Source: Deltaproteobacteria bacterium (GTDB taxonomy: Bacteria; Myxococcota; Kuafuiibacteriia; Kuafuiibacteriales; Kuafuiibacteriaceae). From it: DNA of 64,000 bases. Numbering within the stretch: the stretch's first letter is position 1; each line of letters opens with the position of its first letter. The notes beneath the pieces are model-generated. The model searched no databases and was not told where the DNA came from. It saw only the letters and a list, made by a program, of their open reading frames with translations. Of the stretch, positions 59,214 to 64,000 are shown piece after piece. The position numbers were made by a program, and so were the translations under genes. Location of the stretch: contig JAVJQW010000017.1 in the NCBI GenBank assembly GCA_040218735.1, forward strand, positions 96,001 to 160,000, read 5' to 3'.

Positions 59214-60874
59214 TGCGCCGGCTCCTCCCGCTGCTGCTCCTCACCGCGTGCGGCGCGCCCGCCTGGAAACAAACGCCGCACGACGTCCGGTTCCAACGTA
59301 CGCCGCCGCCCACCCCGCACGCCGCGCCGAAGCCGAACGAACCGTCGGACTCTTGGTACGCGATCGAGCAGACCACCGCCCGCCCCATCGCGACGGCGCT
59401 GAACCCGGGGCACTACATCGACCTGTTGCGCGGCGGTCCTCCGCCCCTCGACGTCAACGCGTTCGGCGAAGTGGTCGACTCGATGTGGTTCGAGAATCGT
59501 CTCGGCCGGCGCGCGCTGAGCGTCGAAGAGATCCGCCGTGGCCCGAACGAACACGACGGCCCCGACGAACGCCGCCTCGAAGTGCTCGGCGGCAAGATCG
59601 AAGGCGCCACCCCCGGCCTCGTGTTGCGCGACGCACGCGGCGACCGCTACGTCGCGAAGTTCGATCCGCCGGCGTACCCGGGCCTCGCGAGCGGCGCGGA
59701 GATCATCGCGACGAAGATCCTGTGGGCCGCCGGTTATCACGTGCCGGAGAACTACGTCGGCACGCTCGACATGGGTGCGCTCGAGCTGAAGGACGACGCG
59801 ACGACCGGAGGCCACTACGGCGAACGCATCCCGCTCGACCGAGGGCGCCTCGACGATCTGCTCGCCCACGTGAACCCGTTCCCCGACGGCACGGTGCGAA
59901 CGCTCTACTCCCGCTTCCTCCCGGGGCGCCTGATCGGCCCATTCCACTACCGCGGCCAGCGCGCGGACGATCCGAACGACGTCATCCCGCACGAGCGGCG
60001 ACGCTCCCTGCGCGGCCTCGGTTTGTTCTCGGCGTGGCTCAACAACGTCGACGCCCGCGCGTCGAACACCCTCGACGTATTCATCCCCGGCGACGACGGG
60101 CGCGGGTACGTGAAGCACTACCAAATCGACTTTGGTGACGCGCTCGGCTCCGCCGGTCTGGGCCCGAAGTACCTCGGCGAAGGTTACGAAGGTGTCCTCG
60201 ACTGGCCGAAGGTGCTCCGCAGCCTGACCGCGTTCGGCGTGTGGTACCGCCCCTGGCTCGGTCTGCGCCGCTCGCCGTACCGCGCCGTGGGGGTGTTCGA
60301 GGCCGACGTCTTCACCCCCGAGGCCTGGCGCTCCAAGCTGCCCAATCCGGCCTTCGACGAGGCCACCTGGCTCGACCGCTACTGGGCGGCGGCGATCATC
60401 GCGCGCTTCACCCCGTCGCACCTGGCGGCGATCGTGGAGGAAGCGGGCTACATCGAGCCGGGTGCGGACGCCTGGGTGCTGCGTGTGCTCCAGGAGCGTC
60501 AGTTCAAGATCTTGGAGTGGGTCTTCGGGCGGGTGTTGCCGCTCGATGATGTGCGCGCGGAGGGCGCGACGCTGTCGATGACGGACCTCGAGCGCACCTG
60601 CGGCCTCCTCACCGGCGTCCCGGCCGCGTACACGTGGTCGGCCCGCTGGGACGACCAATTCGTCGGGGAGGGGAATGGCCCCACCCCCACCGCCGATCTC
60701 GCGGCGCTGATCGCGGACGCCCGCGACCGCCACGGCGCGGCGTTCGACGACGATCCGTTTCTCACCGTGACCTTCGCGCGGACCGAACCGGCTCACGGTG
60801 CGACGGTCGACGTGCACGTTCGGGTCGTCGAGGGTGCGCTCCTCCCGGTTGGTCTCGATCGAACCGTCGACTAG
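59213..60874 (+). CDS. Lipoprotein with atypical kinase fold (HipA/PI3K-PI4K/CotH-like)
   Basis: Lipobox LTAC; GGKIEGATPG, YVAKFD, SGAEIIATK, WLNNVDARASN, IDFGDALG; TGATG overlap. Confidence 0.75.
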   Translation: MRRLLPLLLLTACGAPAWKQTPHDVRFQRTPPPTPHAAPKPNEPSDSWYAIEQTTARPIATALNPGHYIDLLRGGPPPLDVNAFGEVVDSMWFENRLGRRALSVEEIRRGPNEHDGPDERRLEVLGGKIEGATPGLVLRDARGDRYVAKFDPPAYPGLASGAEIIATKILWAAGYHVPENYVGTLDMGALELKDDATTGGHYGERIPLDRGRLDDLLAHVNPFPDGTVRTLYSRFLPGRLIGPFHYRGQRADDPNDVIPHERRRSLRGLGLFSAWLNNVDARASNTLDVFIPGDDGRGYVKHYQIDFGDALGSAGLGPKYLGEGYEGVLDWPKVLRSLTAFGVWYRPWLGLRRSPYRAVGVFEADVFTPEAWRSKLPNPAFDEATWLDRYWAAAIIARFTPSHLAAIVEEAGYIEPGADAWVLRVLQERQFKILEWVFGRVLPLDDVRAEGATLSMTDLERTCGLLTGVPAAYTWSARWDDQFVGEGNGPTPTADLAALIADARDRHGAAFDDDPFLTVTFARTEPAHGATVDVHVRVVEGALLPVGLDRTVD

Positions 60875-63800
60875 TGCCAGCATCGCAGTCGGTGGCGGCT
60901 CCGGAACGCATCCCCGACGCCATCGGGCCGTACCAGATCCTCGAACCGCTCGGACGTGGCGGCATGGGCGTCGTCTACCGGGCCGCCCACGAACGCACCG
61001 GTGCGCTCGCCGCGCTGAAGACCGTGCTCGTCCCTTCGGGCCGTCACCTCGGCGCCATCCGTCGCGAGATCCAGGCGCTCGCACGCGTGCAGCACCCCGG
61101 CATCGTGCGCATCATGGACGAGGGCGTCGATGATCGCGGCCTGCCCTGGTACGCGATGGAGCTGTTGCACGGGATGTCGCTGCGCGACTACCGCTTCACG
61201 CCGTCCTCGATGACCCCCGACCGCGACGTCGTCACGCGTTCGGCGAGCGACGCCCCCGCCACCGAACCCGTCGTCGCACCGACCGCTCCGTTGCCGCGGC
61301 ACATGTGGAAGCCGGTGCTCAGCATCTTCCGGAAGCTGTGCGCTCCGCTCGCGTACGTACACGGCGAGGGGCTCGTGCACTGCGACCTCAAACCCGAGAA
61401 CGTCTTCCTCCGCTTCGACCTGCACCCCGTGCTCGTGGACTTCGGTCTGATGTCGCGCTTCGGGAGTGATCTGCACCGGGAGATCCTGAACGTCGATCTG
61501 TTCATGGGCACCGCCGAGTACATGGCGCCCGAGCAGTGGGAGGGGAAGCCGGTCGACGCGCGCACGGATCTGTACGCGCTCGGCTGCATCCTGTTCGAAG
61601 CGATCGCCGGCGAGCCGCCGTTCGTCGGCAAACGCAGCGAGCTCTACCGCGCGCACCTTTCGAAACCCGCACCCCGCCGGAGCGCGCCGACGGCATCCCC
61701 GAGGATCTCGACGACCTCGTGCTGAGGCTCCTCGCGAAGCGCCCGCGCGATCGCATCGGACACGCCGACGAAGTCGCGCGCCTCCTCGCGATCCTCGGGG
61801 CGGAGGGCCCGCGCGAGGTCGGCCCCACCGCGCGGCCCTACCTGTTCCGCCCCTCGTTCTCCGGGCGCGGACAGGCCACCCACGAGGTCATCGAGCTCGT
61901 GGCCGGCGGCTCCGAAGACGGGCGCGTCGTCGTGCTCGAGGGTGAGAGCGGCGTGGGCAAGACACGCCTCGCGATGGAAGCCGCACGGATGTCGAAGCGC
62001 GGCGGCGTACGGGTGCTGACCGGCGAGTGCTCGCCGATCCTCCACGACCAGCCGCACGCGCGCGGGTCGGTCCTGCACCCGTTCAAGTCGATCCTCCTGC
62101 ACATCACGGATCTCGTCCGTGAGCGTGGTGATGCGGCGTTCGATCGTCTGGTCGACGGGCGCGCGCGGATCCTCGCGCGCGTCGAGCCGCAGATCGCGAC
62201 GCTCCCCCAGATCGAGCGCGTGCCGGAGCTCATCTCGCTGTCCGTCGACGCGGAGCGCGCGCGCATGCTGAGCGCGCTGGTCGCGACGTTGTCGGTGCTC
62301 GGCGAGGACCAGCGAACCTTCATCGTCATCGACGACATCCAGTGGGCCGACGAGCTCACGTTGGAGCTGCTGCACCTGCTCGTGCGTCGGCGCAGCGCGT
62401 GGCGCAACGTCGTGGTCCTGGCGACGTGTCGCACGGAGGAGATGCCCGAGAGCGTGCGCCGCCTGACGGAGATCGATGAGGTCGGCCACGTCCGCCTCGC
62501 GCGCCTCGGTCCGCGCGCGGTGGAGACGGTCGTGTCGGAGATGCTCGGCTTCCCGCCGCCCGACACGTTCGCGACGTTCATGGCGGAGCAGACGGGCGGC
62601 AATCCGTTCTTCGTGGCGGAGTACCTGCGCGCGGCGATGACCCGCGGCCTGTTGATGCGCGACGGCCAGGGCAAGTGGTCCGTGACGCTGCAGGAAGGCA
62701 ACTACGACGCGCTCGGGTTGCCAAACACGCTCGTCGACGTCCTCGCGCTGCGGCTCGACACGCTCGGCGAAGACGCGCGTGCGTTCGTCGACGCGGCGGC
62801 GGTGCTCGGTCGCGAGGCGGCGCCGCACATCACGCAGCACGTCGCCAAGCGCGCCGACCGGACGACGCGCGTCGGCATCGAGGAGCTCCTCCGCAAGCAG
62901 ATCCTCACGGAGGCCGGCGACGGGCGGCTCCGTTTCTCACACGACAAACTCCGCGAGGTCACCTACGACAACATCGACGAGGCGCACCGCCCCGCGCTCC
63001 ACCGGCGCGCCGCCGAGGCGATCGAAGCGCTCGCGAAGACCCCATCCCCCGCCGCCCTCGCGTACCACTGGGAAGAAGGCGGCCACCCGGAGCGTGCGGT
63101 CGACTACCTCGAGCAGGCCGCGGAGCTCGCGATCGACGCCGGCGCGCATCGGGACGGTGCGACGCACCTCGCGCGCCTCCTCACGCTCGCGGAGAAGCCG
63201 ACCGGCGACGTCGAAGAGCGGCACCGCACCGCACGCTGGCATCGGCAGCTCGGCGCCGCGCACCTCGCGTCGGGGGATCTCGAGACGTCGCGCGTACACT
63301 CCAGCCGCGCGTTGTCGCTGCTCGCGCTCGACCCGCCGCAGTCGACGGGCGAGTGGGCGATGAAGCTCGCCACGGAGCTGCTCCGGCAGGTCGCGCACCG
63401 GCTGCTCCCGCCGCGTTTTTACCAAGAGCCGACGTCGAAGGCGCTCCTCGCGGAGGCGACGCAGGCGAGCGGCACGATCGCGCGCGTCGCGTTCTTCGAG
63501 AACGACGCGCTGCAGATCGTCGCGAGCGCGTTGTGGTCGATCAACCTCGCGGAGCGCGCGAGTCACCTCCTGGAGGCGGCGCGAAACTACAGCGGCCTCG
63601 GCTGGGTCTTCGGGCTCTCGGGGCTCCATCAGATCGCGGACGGGTACTTCGACCGCGCGCGTGCGACGGGCATCGAGCAGCGCGACTACAACGGCCTCGT
63701 CTTCAGCCTCACCTCGGAGGCGGTGTACCGGATCGGGCGGGGCCAGTGGGATCGTGCGACGCGGGTGTTGTCGGAGTGTGACGCTCCGCTGGAGGAGCTC

Positions 63801-64000
63801 AAGGATCCGCAAGCCCGAGAGCTCGTCGAGACGCTGCGTGGACACCCGGAGTACTTCGCCGGTCGCTACGACGACGCCATCGCGCGGCACCGGTTCGTCC
63901 TCGACTCCGCACGTCAGCGCGAGAACCGACAACACGAAGCGTGGAGCCTCTACTGCGCCGCGCGGTCCGCGCTCGAGCTGGAGCGCTACGCGGAGGCGAT
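60874..64000 (+). pseudogene. Ser/Thr kinase + AAA-type ATPase + TPR protein, frameshifted near 61672 (or sequencing error); runs off the window
   Basis: GRGGMG, HCDLKPEN, DFG, YMAPE, then stop at 61725; the shifted frame continues GIPEDLDDLVLRLLAKRPRDR, GESGVGKT, IDDIQWAD, GGNPFF to the window end. Confidence 0.85.

Noticed and set aside
61655-61680. Programmed -1 ribosomal frameshift
   Set aside because: No in-frame slippery heptamer; a one-base loss in a C run explains it more simply.

Overview
Very GC-rich chromosomal window, most consistent with a Myxococcota-type bacterium (Glt/Nfs gliding-type envelope cluster, FHA-GAF sigma54 activator, many Cys-rich lipoproteins and Ser/Thr kinases). 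The left half is on the minus strand: housekeeping genes (der, era, cyclophilin, rnc, mnmA, IHF, tRNA-Arg, apt, LysM/M23, surE, tRNA-Pro) interrupted by a HipA-like kinase/HIRAN pair, then one contiguous gltA/B-C-D-E-F-G-H-like cluster. The right half holds signalling genes, an Rpn-like nuclease with a probable internal small gene, pdxJ/glmM/folP, an ASH-domain lipoprotein operon and glycosyltransferases. The best candidate for an undescribed system is a translationally coupled operon at 56746-60874: metallophosphoesterase lipoprotein, POTRA-less Omp85 barrel and atypical-kinase lipoprotein, followed by a frameshifted Ser/Thr kinase-ATPase-TPR gene. All calls come from reading motifs by eye; no searches were run, and many start codons are best estimates.
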